DNA of 64,000 bases from Octopus sinensis (GCF_006345805.1 NC_043011.1:12784464-12848463); one strand, 5' to 3'; numbered from the stretch's first letter, positions 37,282 through 50,870 are shown. A program made the numbers and translations. The notes: a model not told the origin generated them from the letters alone.

Positions 37282-38049
37282 TATAATTATTCATACATGC
37301 TGTTTAATTCAATAACGATTAAATGAATTAGCAACCAGCCAAGCTTTAATTAAGCAAACCATTTGATCTGATTGTTTATATTTATCAACGCAAATGTTTA
37401 CCCTATTTTCACTTGTCAAACTCTCACAGTGTTGGTTAGGAAGATATTAATTTTACCTTAATATATGTTTATAATTATCCAACCTTCTGTTTAATACAAT
37501 AGCAATAAACTAATTAGTGGCCTAGCAAGTATCAATTAATTATGCAAATCAGACCAACATATTAGCTAAAGCCAAATAAATAATTATAATGAATTTATCT
37601 CTCCATGGGCAGAAATGATAAATTCTTCTGGTCTTTTAGAGATCAATTCAGCTAAATCTGAAAGCAGGTCAAGTTAACCACAAATTTGTTCTGTCCGTGG
37701 AATATAAAAAGAAACTTTCTTGTTATACTACTAAGTAAAAACTATTTTCGCTTACTTGACATATTTGCTCAGCACCAATCTGTCTCTACATCTGATTTAC
37801 ATTTTGACAATAACCATGTATAATTTGTTACTTAACGATCACATTTCATTTTCCTTCTACTGACTAGACATTAACCTTGTTCTAGCCATGATAATATCTT
37901 TGTTGGTAGTTAGGAAATAAAGAAAATGAATGGACAAAATCATATACATCTAATTTTTGCTGTTATCCTAATGAACAACCTTTTATTTTCCTAAAAATAG
38001 CGACTCACACTGATTCCAATAAAATAGCCATCTTTCTAATTTAACAGCC

Positions 38050-39010
38050 ACAAGTCAGACTCTCTACAATTGTCCCACATCAAAGGCCGTACTGGTCTAA
38101 GGATGTCTCAATCTGCCTGAAGGCAGAGTTGCATCTGATGTCGTTCCAGTTACGTTGAACATTTGTATTCTGGAGGATGGCAAGGCCCTCAACAGTCCAG
38201 TTAGCTAGAGCTGTCTCTAGTACCTGGGCCATATCGGGTTTAGCCATCCCGCGAAATACCTCGCCAATGAGGTTGCCACTGGAGGATATTGAGGAAACAT
38301 ATACTGACAGAGCCAGGTTCAATGCAGAACGGTAGCCAAGGTCACCGAATTTAGCCTGTTGCCAGCCGGCGCTGATAAAACTGACATTTCAGATCAGTTA
38401 AGTACAGCTGGGGCGATCTGTGAGAGGGTGACATGGCTCACTGCACAGCCAAAAAAGGAGCTTAGGCAGGGCAAAGCAATTCCTCAAGAGGAAGAGCGTC
38501 AGACGCACGTCAATGAGACGCAATCACACGGTCATCTTAGACAAGCCCGCAAGCTTGTTCTCCAGGAATTCTGTTATGGCTTTCGGGAGAATTGGGAAGT
38601 CAAGGATACAGACAGCATCCCTTGGTGCCATCCGAGCGCCCGCCAAGATGGGCTGGATGCTGAGTACTGCGTCCTAGAATTCAGCCTCACCATAAATCCC
38701 ATTTATCATCTCCGACTTGGATGGGTTGATCTCAAGCCCAAGAAGCTTTAGGGCTGGTATAACCTGCTGACAGTTCCCAACTACAGACTCAGTCGAGTCA
38801 TCCAGGGTCCTGTCGTCCAGGCACCAGGCATTGAAGGGTAAGCTGACTGATCGGGCAACGCAAAAAGGAACGGACCAAGATGCTCACCCTGCTGGACATC
38901 TGTAGAAGATGCGATGCTTTTGCCAATTAGTTTGCGACTGGTGTTTGCCTCAAAGCCTTTTCGCGCAATCGGAAGACGTCTGCATGTGCGGCGTTGGTGG
39001 GCAGCCTGAG
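38050..39010 (-). mobile_element. CRE-like (early-branching) non-LTR RT remnant
   Basis: IASSTDVQQGEHLGPFLFAL, NAWCLDDRTL, LGLEINPSKSE, LLRNCFALPKLL and GWQQA-KFGDLGYRSA resemble the GVQQGDPLGP..YLDD..GGLG pattern. Confidence 0.7.
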
Positions 39011-39735
39011 AGAAGTGAGAGGCTAGTCAGACAATAAAGATTCCACCCTCCCCACCGCCGCTATAAAATGTAGAAAAAAACAAACAAACAAATAGAAGCA
39101 GAAATATATAGAGATAGTTAGAGAAGGCGTAGTGACAAACTGTTATGATAGAAAGAGGTAAAAACATGTGAAGGTTTGTCTCATTCTATTTTTCTACAAT
39201 CAAAAATATTCTTTTGTACATTTCAAACAAGCGAAATCATGTTTTTGATAGATACAGTGGTGTTTATATGTATTCATAACGTGTAGAATATAATTGAATT
39301 TTTAAAATATTCATCATATCAATAATCGGTTTGTGATATCTTTTATATATTATTTATACTTTAATATATACAATTTCATTTAATTATTAATTTACTTTTA
39401 CAACGGATGACAATCAAAATGATGAAAATCTCCAAAATGATAGAACGACGCATGTGTAAAATTATCCATTAAATTTGCTTAATAACTTTTTTGTTTAAAA
39501 ATGAATTTAAAATAACAAATAAACTATTCTGTTGTGTCTGGGGGGGGTCATTTTCTTTTTGTGCCTTATAATGTAACACACTCACCGGTAAAATTTCCAC
39601 TTTTTTCTTATTTTTATTTTCCTAAAATTTTCGTTGCGTCTTGCAACATTTTCAATAGTTTTGACTATTATATATAATAATTGTTATTAAAACCTTAATA
39701 TTAGTGCCCACACGTCAACGATTATTATATAAAAA

Positions 39736-40720
39736 ATGCCGAAGCAAAAAGAGATTAGTGTTGACCTAAGAAAAAAAAATGTAAAATTTTTCATGTTTGG
39801 CGACGGATACTGGAAGATTTCTAAACGATTTTCTGTCAATGTATCAACTATTCAATCAGTTATTAAGAAATATCGAATCTATGGCTGTATGGTAAATAGA
39901 GAAAGGAACTGAAGAAAACGAAAGTTGTAAGTAGAACTCATGCAAAGAGGTTTGGCAAGACGAATGGAGCGTGAACCGTGGACAACTGCAAAAAGGGTCA
40001 GCGAGCAGATTGGGCAGCTGGGAGCAAATGCTTCATCATCAACCGCATGGAGGGCACTGTGGGCATTAGGTGCCGAATGATACCCTCATCCTCCGCCTTC
40101 TCTGCTCAGGACCCGCCACGTTAAGGCTCGGCTAAACTATACAAAAAGCATGTTAAATAAACCTGCTCAATTTTGGTCGGAGGTCCAATTGAACTTTTGA
40201 GCCTCAGCAAGAATGCCACAGTTTGGCGGATATCTGTCCAGGCTTTTCGACCGTGAAGCATGGCGGTGGAAATTTAATGTTTTGCGGGTGTTTTTCGGCA
40301 GTCGGCCCAGGACGACTAGTTGTCATCAAAGGCCGGATGTAAAAAGAAGATTACGTCAAAATATTAAACGAGAATCTTTGAGTGTCAGCAGAAGAGTTGG
40401 AGGTTGGCGACGATTTGATCTTTCAACAGGTTAATAATCTGAAACATACATCGAAAGTAGCGACTGCCTGGCCTCCACAAAAATGACATCCACGTTTTAA
40501 AGTTGTCATCTCAATCACCAGACTTGAATCCATTTGCAAATCTTTGGTACCATTTCAAATCTCAAATTCGGAAAAGATGCCCTAAAAAACTGAACGCTTG
40601 AGAGACGATTTTATATGACAATGGGCAAAAATTGATAAAAATATTTGTGTTAAGTTAGTTTTTCGTGATACAGAGAGATTAAATATGGTTACTGATAACA
40701 AAGGTTTTACAATCAGTTAT
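39736..40720 (+). mobile_element. Decayed Tc1-like transposase
   Basis: MPKQKEISVDLRKK..GYWKISKRFSVNVSTIQSVIKKY; IFQQVNNLKHTSK; SQSPDLNPFANLW. Confidence 0.85.
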
Positions 40721-41376
40721 TCAAAAATGTTACGAATAAATCTGTACACACATCGTCCTTTAATTTTTGGAATTTTTAAAATTTTGATTGTTATCCTTTG
40801 TAAAAATAAATTTATTATTAAATGAAATTGCGTACATCAATAAAGTATAACTAATACATAAAAAATATTACAATCCGATTAATAAGATGAATATTCTTTA
40901 AATCAATTTTATTCTAGACGTTATAATTACTTATGAACTTCTTTCAAAATTTCAGTTTTGTTTTTCAAACATACACTTGTGTAAGTCTTGGAAAGAATTT
41001 TAAAAGATCCAAGTTTAAAAAAAAAAAAAGAGAAAGAGACAGAGACAGAAAGAGACAGACACTTAATAAACGAACAAACGTGGTTGGTAGGGTAAGATTA
41101 CGAAAGATATGAAACAAGAAAATTGCAGCAAAGCTGCATGACATCGGCGTGGCATGCAGACCGTCAAATAACTTGTTAAACATATACCTTAGATGATGCC
41201 TCACAGGTGCACCTTTCTTCAGTGTTCATACATCTCTTTCCGATTCCTACTCAAAACTGTTTGCAAGTCATAACCATCTCTCTGACCTATGGTCGTGAGG
41301 TGCGCCTAGCGCTCCCATGGTTGTGAGAAAAAAATGAAACTTTGAAGAAATTTTTTTTTTCTGAAAATGGTAATAT

Positions 41377-41515
41377 TAGGTTGTCCCAAAAGTTCGTAAA
41401 CACTTGCGAAAATTGAATTTTTACTCGCCAAGTACTAACAAAAATAACAAAAATTATTCCTCAAAATAAAGACCATTATTTTCCAAGACTTTCTACGAAC
41501 TTTTGGGACAACCTT
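41377..41515. mobile_element. Small Tc1/mariner-type MITE
   Basis: 20-bp perfect TIR GGTTGTCCCAAAAGTTCGTA (41379-41398 / 41494-41513) with TA-rich flanks. Confidence 0.85.
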
Positions 41516-42054
41516 ATATCATCTATTCGACAAACATTAATACTGAAAAACTCCAGAAAGGAACGATGAAGGGGGAAGGAAATTTTTGAAGCTTTTTTCG
41601 TATTTTTAATACGAATTATAAATGTTTCAGAATGTTATAAGAAGAAGGAAAAAACATCGAAAAAAAAAGTAATTAATTTTAATCGTGACAGCTGTTCCGA
41701 AGGTACGATGAAGGAGGTGAGGTTAAGAAGTTAGAGATACATGAATTTAATAAATAATTAATGCGAATTATATGTATTGACTAGTACTTTATTTTATCGT
41801 TCTCCGAAAGGATGAAAGGCAAAGTTAAACTTGGACGGGATTTGAACCCAGAACGCAAAAAGCTGAAGAAAAAGGCAATAAGCTAATTGTCCGATGCGCT
41901 ACCGACTCTGCCTGCTCACCATCTTAAAGACAGGTTTATCACAACAGAAAGTAACCAGAATAAGGGGGAATACAAAATAAATACAGAAACGAAGAGGAAA
42001 AACGGCTGGAAGATAATATGCACAATCAGTTTTTGAGAGAGATATCAAAGAACA

Positions 42055-42335
42055 ATGGTGGAGGCACATGGCCTAGTGGTTAGAGCAGCGGACTCGCGGT
42101 CGGGGGGATCGCGGGTTCGAATCTCAGACCGGACGTTGTGTGTGTTTATGAGCGAAACGGCTAAGTTCCACGCAGCTCCGGCAGAAGGTAATGGCTTTCT
42201 CTCACTCTTTCCTCCTGCATCTTGCAGCTCACTTGCGACGGACCGGCGTCCCGTCCAGGTAGGGAACCTATACGTCAAAGAAACCGGGAAGCCGGCCCTT
42301 ATGAGCCAGGCATGGATCGAAAGGGATCAAACAAC
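42055..42335 (+). mobile_element. SINE family C
   Basis: tRNA-like head with A box TGGCCTAGTGG and B box GGTTCGAATC. Confidence 0.88.
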
Positions 42336-42364
42336 AAACAACATGGAACAATGAACCAGATAAA

Positions 42365-43000
42365 AGGCTGATGTGTTTACAAAAAAAGCGAACTGAAACC
42401 TGTAACACAGATCTTTATAGCATAACACAGAAGCAAGCTTTGAGAACAAACTACATCAAGTACAGAATTTACCATTCCGCTGAATGTGGCAAATGAAGAG
42501 TGTGTAGTGAAAATGGGGATACAGTATGACACATTTTAAGTGAATGCAACAAAATGGACCGGAGTAAATACAAGAGACTGTATGACAATGGGATCAGAAG
42601 GATTCACTGGGGACAAGTTTGGATTGGGAAAGGCGAGGAAATGGTAATAACATGAAGCAAAGGATGTGATGGAAACTGACAAAGCAAAGATATTTTGGGA
42701 CACTATGATCCAGTGTAATGATGAAATCGAACAATGGAAACTCAATATTGTGCTGGAAGACAAGGGAGAAAAACAAATATAAAAACTGACGAAAAATTAA
42801 GCAATTCGGAGAGAAGTTAAGATCAATGGAAAATGCGTATATTGTGTTGATAATTGTTGGTGTCCTGGGTTCAATGAACAAAGAAATTGAAAAGTGTTCG
42901 GAAAAGATAAGCATAGAAATGAAAACAGTGTAAGGCCAGAAAACAGCATTATTCGGCAGTGTAAGGAGTCTCTGTAAAGATCCCGAGGCTTGAAAAGAAC
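42365..43000 (+). mobile_element. RLE-type (R4/NeSL-like) non-LTR remnant: zinc knuckle and REL region
   Basis: QALRTNYIKYRI..RVCSENGDTV*HILSECNKM..YKRLYDN..AKIFWDTMIQC. Confidence 0.8.
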
Positions 43001-43146
43001 ATACCACCTTAGTTTACAGGAAGTGAACACCTGGTATGTTAATGACACATCAGGTAGTAAAGTGAGTGTGTTAAATATAATAAGACACTGACCATGTACA
43101 TGTCATTACGTCCTAGAGACAGTGTTGATGGATTATATCTATCACA

Positions 43147-43561
43147 GGATCTTTTCGGTTTGAACGACAGTTTTTTTCTAGCGATGTCATATGAAATTGT
43201 CACCCATAATTATGACCCTAGTATCGATCTATTGCATTTCAATCTGTTTTAGGGTTAGGGTTAGGAGAAAGGGTATCTTTTTTTCTTCACAAATGTAAAT
43301 AAACCCAATCTGTTTCTTAAACGAGGGACATATTCATACGGCATAGAATGTTTTTTTTACCTCAATAGATGTCATTGATTGGTTGAAATTACAGAAATTG
43401 AAGAAAAAACAACAACAAATATCTTACAAACTATAGAATTTTCTCAATAAAGCCAAGAGAAAAAGATGTTTTATAAACACATTCTACCAGTATACGAAGT
43501 TTAAAATTTTTTAGTTACCTAGAAATTATGTTAAAAACTGCCGTTCAAACCGAAAAGATCC
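43147..43561 (-). mobile_element. GGATC-TIR MITE with TTAGGG repeats (copy 1)
   Basis: TIR GGATCTTTTCGGTTTGAACG. Flanks CTATCACA/CTACTACA. Opposite orientation to the other three copies. Confidence 0.9.
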
Positions 43562-43599
43562 CTACTACAGAAGGCGGGAGGGAGAGGAGAGAAGACTGT

Positions 43600-44620
43600 T
43601 ATCGATAGACAATTGCGCGGAGATGCAGGACATGATTTAGAAGAGAGTATGTGGAAAAGAACGCAGAAAAACTGTCAGAAGAGAGGAGAAAAAAAGTTGT
43701 GGATACCGCGGAGGAATATAAGAAAAAAAAAAAGAAAAGAGCTAGAAAAGCATCTGAGGAAAGAAGCTTCACTGTCAGCATCACAGACAAACGCAGGATA
43801 TTGCAGTAGACGAATCTTAGTTACGGTTGAAGAATGCAGAACTCAGTAATAATACGGAAAAAAAAATGCGGAATGACTCATTATGGTTGTTCAAAACCAG
43901 TCATTATGTACGAATGTCATTAAAGCAAAAATAGATCCGTGGAAAATGTTAAGTGCAGAATGTGTAACGAGAAAGAGGAGTAACATGAGCACACAAGTAT
44001 TTTTAGTCCTTTAGCTAAGAAAAAAACAAACGCAGACACGTTTGTGCGGCCAAAGCATTACATTAGGGCAGAATACGTTAAAGGGGTTTTGAAGTAAACG
44101 GAAAACGGTAGGAACCAACTCCAACCGTAGAGTGTGACGGAAAATGAGCTGGCAGAAACGTTAGCACGCCGGGCGAAATGTTTTGCAGTAATTCGTCTAC
44201 CGTTACGTTCTGAGTTCAAATTCCGCCGAGGTCGATTTTGCCTTTCATCCTTTCGGGGTCGATAAATTAAGTACCAGTTACGCACTGGGGTCGATATAAT
44301 CGACTTAATCCGTTTGTCTGTCCTTGTTTGTCCTCTCTGTGTTTAGCCCCTTGTGGGTAGTAAAGAAATAGGAAAATGATTAATTTAAAGTCTTATGGGA
44401 CTTTACTGTGCAGACTGACCATGAGATTTAAGCAAGATGACCAGATATTATCATCCTGAGAAAGGTTTCTGCAAACGCAGTCCTGGCAGCTATAGGATTC
44501 CTATTTTTGCTTTACCAATAGACTTGGCAGGTTTCTTAATGAGATCAGAGCAAGTACGAGAGTTGCATTGATTCTATTAGGAACAGAAAGGATTGTTCAA
44601 GAAACTAGTGGTGACTCGGC
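43600..44620 (+). mobile_element. Second RLE-type non-LTR remnant, split by SINE B (44146-44371)
   Basis: LIMVVQNQSLCTNVIK..VKCRMCNEKEE. REL C-terminus-like sequence after the SINE. Confidence 0.65.
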
Positions 44621-45909
44621 ATCAAAGACATTGATTTCAAATGTGATATATTTGTGTATACCCTTAGATAATAATATATAATAACCTTAACCAGTTGAGC
44701 ATGTCCCTCAGTGGCTGACAATATGTACATCTCTGATCACGGGCAGGAGTAGTGGGGGAGCATTATAACCATGTGTTGAGAGGAATTCTTTGGGGCTTCA
44801 ATAATTCACCTCTGGGTGTTTTGTTCATCATCCTTAAACAACTCAGGAACCTTTTGAGCGGGATGGGCTACCCAATCTGAAGAAAGTTCTAACTAGGCCC
44901 CACCTGCAAGGTCATGCGCTGTTTATCTTGATATAAGGTCATCATGTCGCGTACATATGGTTGAGATACATATGGTTGTGTTGCATGTACCTGGTGTACA
45001 CTTATCAAACGGGTAGTCATGATGGGTATAGTGGGCTTCGTATACTTGTGCTCCAGTGTCACTTTGATGGCATGCATTGCTTTCTCACTCAATAATAATA
45101 ATAATAATAATAATAATGATAATAATTCGTTCGTTTATTGGCCACAAGGGTTAACAAAAATCAATTAAAACATAAAGGAACAAAACACAGGACGAAAGTT
45201 ACAAAGGGTTTTGTCCGTTTGAAAAGGTCCGTGTACAAAAGCAGGATAACAACGAAATATAAGTAATAATTAAAACTCCCAATAGGGGGAGGCCCTTTGC
45301 ACGAGGTTTGTTAATTGCCAACTAAATTAGGTCAGAATTCAGGTAAGGAAAATTTCAGATCTTACTTTATAACAGCCAAGGCAATGTTAAAATATGAATC
45401 GATAAATCAAATAGATAATTTATGCAGTAGAAATGTTATGGAAAGTGCATAAAGATATTTTCATATTTTCGTATCACTGGAATAATTTGTATCGTGGAGT
45501 TAAATGCGTGCAAGCAAATAAATGGCCACCAGTCGGAAAATGTTTAAACAGGTAGAAAATATTCAGGCGCTGCTACTAAGAAGAGAATGACATGAGATAA
45601 TAAACAGTTTATGCAAGGTTGTTGCCAGACAGGATATCAGCAGACAAATAGACGTGTCTGGTGTCGAGTGAATGCGCGAAGTGAACAAAAATAATTTTTA
45701 CCGGTTAATATTGTAAACATTAAAAAGAAAAAACTATTCAACAAACCATTTGTTTCTCCTTGAATAAAGTCACTGATTGGGTAACATTTCTGACTAAAAT
45801 AACAAGTGGCAACTGTAAAACTTATACGTTGCTTGCATGTGAATCACTCCACATCTGTCTCAACGTCAGTTAAGAATGACATTAAATTTACCTTAATATA
45901 TTATTCATA

Positions 45910-46100
45910 CGTGGAGACGCAGTGGCCCAGTGGTTAGGAATCTGTTTCGATTCCCAGACCGGGCGATGTGAGTGTTTATTGAGCGAAAACACCTATAGAT
46001 CCACGAGGCTCCGGCAGGGGATGGTGGCGATCCCTGCTCTACTCTTTCGCCGCAACTTTCTCTCACTCTTTCTTCTGTTGGCCTCCTCGCTTAGCCAACT
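45910..46100 (+). mobile_element. SINE family C (truncated)
   Basis: GTGGAGACGCAGTGGCCCAGTGGTTAGG..TTTCGATTCCCAGACC. Confidence 0.85.
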
Positions 46101-46515
46101 GTTTTGAAACTTCCAGCTTCTTTGTCCAGATTATATTATAAATTCGCATACTAATATTGATCGGCACACTTTTTGTGAGATAAGCTGGGTTTTCAGAAAA
46201 AGAAATAAACCAACTTAATACGCACATTACAATAAAAATATGCAGGACTTTTCTCAAGTTCAAAATATGAATTCGTACCCGTTTTTCTTTTTCTCGGGTC
46301 TTAGGATAGCAGCAGCACAATGGGGTGAGAGGTTGTAGCTGAGGGGAGGGCTACACTGCTGCTAAAAACTAACATATACACACACACACCACACACACAA
46401 ACACACGCACGCGCGCACACACACACAAGGACACAAATGCATGCGCACATAACGATACACATCTTAGAAGAACAGAATGGAGTAAGTGGAGTAAGAACAC
46501 ACACGGAAACGAAAA

Positions 46516-46561
46516 GTGTCGCTGAAGAGGTCACAAATGCGTGACGAAAGGTTTCCAGACA
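46516..46561 (+). ncRNA. Candidate minimal hammerhead motif
   Basis: TGTCG-CTGAAGA-G-GTCAC-AAATGC-GTGAC-GAAAG-GTTTC-CAGACA. Perfect 5-bp stem II, atypical stem III, bulged stem I. Confidence 0.45.
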
Positions 46562-47414
46562 ATGGACAGGCGTTAAGATAATAAAATGACAGAAATAAAC
46601 GAGTGAAGAATATATATATATATATATATATATATAGTGCGTGTGTTTATTTGGCAAAAATATGAAATAATAAATAAAATGACCATCCCGAAATACAACA
46701 AAAACAAATTTTGTTGTATTTCGGGATGGAACTGTGTGTCTTTGTTAGAAATCAGCCTCTTCTTTATAGAAAGATTTCAGATAATTAAAAATGAGAAGTA
46801 TTCATTAGATAAAGTATAAAACGTAGTTAACCATACAACCATACTTCTAAATGCATACCTCTAACTCACGGGGATATTGGAACGAAATTACATTTAAAAG
46901 TTCAGGAGGCTTTCATTAAAATTGATATATTCAAATTCAATAGACCAGTTAGTATTCTGTGAGAGAGAAAACAAAAATATGCATTGTTGTCGAGATCAAA
47001 TGTTTATTTGATTAGAATATCACGTAAAAAGTCAATGAAATATGGGCAGCTTATAGTGAATCTGTAACAATTGTTAAAATCACATCGAAAATTATGAATG
47101 TTCTTGATTACGTGACAAAACGCTTATTAAGTAAACCTCATACTGAAGTTCTCGTATAAAGAAGTGTATTTTTCTATATTCATTTCATTAGTGACAGCTC
47201 AGCGTTCCATTGAAATTATTGTGGCTGAAATAATAACAGCAGAAGATGTATGAAATTACGTGACAAGAGAATGGAATTATTCTAGAATAATTGCTCATAA
47301 CCGACAATAAATCATGAACGAACAGTAAACTAAGCAGATCTTAGTATAAATAATCTGTACAAATATCGATATCAGTACACCGAAACCATGTCGTTATACT
47401 AGCACTGGTCATAT

Positions 47415-47750
47415 GAAGACGCATGGCTCAGTGGTTAGAGCATCGAGCTTACGATCGTGAGGTTGTGATCTCGAATCCCGGACCGGACTGCGTGTTGTGT
47501 TCTTGAGCAAGACACTTTATTTCACGTTGCTCCAGTTCACTCAGCTGTAGAAAAGAGTTGCGACCTCACAGGTACCAAGCTGTATCGGCCCCTTTGCCTT
47601 TCCCTTGGATAACACTGGTGGCGTGGAGAGGGGAGGCTGGTATGCATGCGCGACTGCTGGTCTTCCATAAACCACCTTGCCCAGACTTGTGACTAGGAGG
47701 GTAACTTTCTAGGTGCAAGCCCATGGTCAGTGTCATGACCGAAGGGGACC
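47415..47750 (+). mobile_element. tRNA-derived SINE family D
   Basis: TGGCTCAGTGGTTAGAGC..CTCGAATCCC head, GTTCTTGAGCAAGACACTT block, tail shared with 30145-30350. Confidence 0.85.
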
Positions 47751-47925
47751 CCAGGCCCAGGTCATGTGACAGTATAGTTTACAAACAACAATGGCCAACT
47801 GAGATAAACATGGTCGTTCTGGGGACGAGAATATGTGTATATATGTGATGACATCGAGATTAGGTATCTGAGTTCTAAAATATAGCAAATCGAAATCATA
47901 TTTTAACAGAGAAGTGAGAATATTC

Positions 47926-48380
47926 GGATCTTTTCGGTTTGAACGGCAGTTTTTTAAAATGATTTCCACGTAACTAAACACTTTTAAACTTCGTATACTA
48001 GTAGAATGTGTTTATGAAACCTCTTTTTCTCTTGGCTTTATTGAGAAAATTCTATAGTTTCTAAGATATTTGTTGTTGTTTTTCTTCAATTTCTGCAGTT
48101 TCAACCAATCAATGATGTCTATTGAGGTAAAAAAACATTCTGTGCCGTATGAATATGACCCTCGTTTAAGAAATAGATTGGGTTTATTTACATTTCTGAA
48201 GAAAAAAGATACCTTTCCCCCACCCCTAACCCTAACCCTAACCCTAACCCTAACCTTAACCCTAACTAACCCTAACCCTAAAACATTGAAATGCAATAGA
48301 TCGATACTAGGGTCATAATTATGGGTGACAATTTCACATGACACCGCTAGAAAAAACTGCCGTTCAAACTGAAAAAATCC
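47926..48380 (+). mobile_element. GGATC-TIR MITE with ~9 TAACCC-like units (copy 2)
   Basis: Perfect 8-bp TSD GAATATTC (47918-47925 / 48381-48388). Confidence 0.92.
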
Positions 48381-48904
48381 GAATATTCTCTTTGCTTCTA
48401 TTAATCACGTAAACGTGCTCCGTATTATTCACTCATATCCACTGAAACTAATTGTTTATGAATACTACGTATTCATCACACAGTCATCCTTGTCGACCCT
48501 CTATACTAACTCATATTCACTACATATAGTCGGTTGTATTCACTACATATACTAATCCTGCTTTTTCAAATGTTAGAGGAAGTGCCTTTCGATCGATTGA
48601 TCTGTAAGGATTTGCAACCAATTCTTCCTCAGATATTAGTTATCTAAGGCTCGTGTGTCTCATATCCAAGAAAGGCAATCTCTCTGATCCTATCAATTAA
48701 TGCCCCATTGCACTGAAATCTTTAAAGTAGTGGAAACAGTTAACATCCTCCAACAACACTTTGACTTCCCCTCCTCTCTCTCTCTCTCTCTCTCTCACTC
48801 CCTCTCACTCTCTCTCTCTCTTTAGTGACCACGAGTACAGTTTCTGTGAAGCCAGATCTACTAGTGAACTGCTCTCCTCTAGAACCCACTAATAGACACT
48901 TGCC

Positions 48905-49306
48905 GGATCTTTTCGGTCTGAACGGCAGATTTTTATTTAAACTTCGTATACTGGTAGAATGTGTTTATAAAACATCTTTTTCTCTTGGCTTTATTGAGAA
49001 AATTCTATGGTTTGTAAGATATTTGTTGTTTTTTTTCTTCAATTTCTGCAATTTCAACCAATCAATGACGTCTATTGAGGTGAAAACATTCCGTGCCGTA
49101 TGAATATGTCCCTCGTTTAAGAAACAGATTGGGTTTATTTACATTTGTGAAGAAAAAAAGATACCCTTCCCCCACCCCTAACCCTAACTCTAACCCTCAC
49201 CCTAAAATAGATTGAAATGCAATAGATCGATACTAGGGTCATAATTATGGGTGACAATTTCATATGACACCACTAGAAAAAACTGCCGTTCAAATCGAAA
49301 AGATCC
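48905..49306 (+). mobile_element. GGATC-TIR MITE (copy 3)
   Basis: Perfect 8-bp TSD CACTTGCC (48897-48904 / 49307-49314). Confidence 0.92.
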
Positions 49307-49680
49307 CACTTGCCTTGGATAGATTTAGTGAAAGCAATGTTGTTATCCTCAACATCAGTAATGTCATTTGTTATTAATAATGGTACCGGTTAATACCCTC
49401 ATTACTAATTGCTTAATCCGACTCCCGTAATCTTCACAGTCCACTAGTAACTTGTTAAATTTACAATATCCGGCCCACTGTCTACGTACTATATCTAAGG
49501 CAAGTCTACAGGTCACATTTGTGATCACCGCAGCAAACGTAGTGAAATTGTGGACAACTGGCTAAGTCTTATTCTAGACGCCAAATAATTCTGTCTATGT
49601 ATGACCTCGAAGATCCGTCGCTATTAGTCAATGTTCACACTGAAGCGTCCGGAAATTCTAGTCTATAAATGACTGACCAG

Positions 49681-49903
49681 GGCGGCGAGATGGTAGAATC
49701 GTTAGCACACCGGGCGAAATGCGTAGCCGTATTTCGCCTGCCGTTACGTTCTGAGTTCAAATTCCGCCGAGGTCGACTTTGCCTTTCATCCTTTCGGGGT
49801 CGATAAATAAAAGTACCTGTTTCGCACTGGGGTCGATGTAATCGACTTAATCCCTTTGTTTGTCCTCTCTATGTTTAGCCCCTTGTGGGCAATAAAGAAA
49901 TAT
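49681..49903 (+). mobile_element. Full-length SINE family B
   Basis: Head to AATAAAGAAATA tail. Confidence 0.9.
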
Positions 49904-50474
49904 ATAACGAGAAAACACTTTACATCACTAACTATACTCTAATCACGACGAGAATCTTCAAAATCGCTCCAATTGCTGGGTTTCTCACTGTCAACGAGAA
50001 TCTCTCTTACCGAAAATACACTCTAAACCTTCAGACACCATCCCCTGCGATTATTGATCCTCTATACGACACAACTGGACGAGTTCAACAAAGCCACAGA
50101 ATCTAGGTTTTCAGAATTCACCATCATAAACAATGTCGTATATGCATTCAACATAACAATTACAAACATATCTGAAAACTTGTCCCACAAGGTAACATAG
50201 AAAATATAACCCCAATTAAGCACCAGAAATAGCCAGTGTCTTCAGAGAGAAATTCAAACAAACATGCTATCAACGTCATGCAACAACCGAAGTATAACTC
50301 GGTATCGATCGACTAAATACGTATATAAATAGCAAAAGAATATAAACAGAAAACTGGCTAACATTTGAAACGGTTCGTTTCTTTAGATTCTTAGCCAGGA
50401 ACCGAAACCGTAGTCTAGATTTTTCTGTAAGCTTTTTTCCATTGTCTTTGGTATCATACTCTTTTACTCTCTTT

Positions 50475-50870
50475 TACTCTTTTACTTGTTTCAGTCATTT
50501 GACTGTGGCCATGCTGGGGCACCGCCTTTAGTCGAGCAAATCGACCCCAGGATCTATTCTTTGTAAGTCTAGTACTTATTCTATCGGTCTCTTTTGCCGA
50601 ACCGCTAAGTTACGGGGACATGAACACACCAGCATCGGTTGTCAAGCGATGTTGGGAGGAAAAACACAGACACACAAACACACACACGCATATATATACA
50701 TATATATGACAGGCTTCTTTTCAGTTTCTGTCTACCAAATCCACTCACAAGGCTTTGGTCGGCCCAAGGCTATAGTAGAAGACACTTGCCCAAAGTGCCA
50801 CGCAGTGGGACTGAACCCAGAACCATGTGGTTGGTAAGCAAGCTACTTACCACACAGCCACTCCTGCGCC
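50475..50870 (-). mobile_element. Full-length SINE family A
   Basis: Head to (TAAAAGAG)n-like tail. Confidence 0.9.

Noticed and set aside
38359-38751. 130-aa plus-strand ORF
   Set aside because: Antisense to the CRE-like RT.
41195-41225. Minus-strand CTGAAGA followed by an AGGTGCACCT palindrome
   Set aside because: No GAAA after the helix.
42055-42130. tRNA genes (A/B boxes here and in other SINE heads)
   Set aside because: No complete cloverleaf, and each continues into SINE body sequence.
48225-48285. Interstitial telomere as a chromosome-fusion scar
   Set aside because: The array is internal to a TIR/TSD-bounded MITE present in four copies.
50340-50425. CTGGCTAA/TTAGCCAG helix followed by GAAAC-CGTA-GTC
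   Set aside because: The CUGANGA half of the core is missing; at best a truncated relic.
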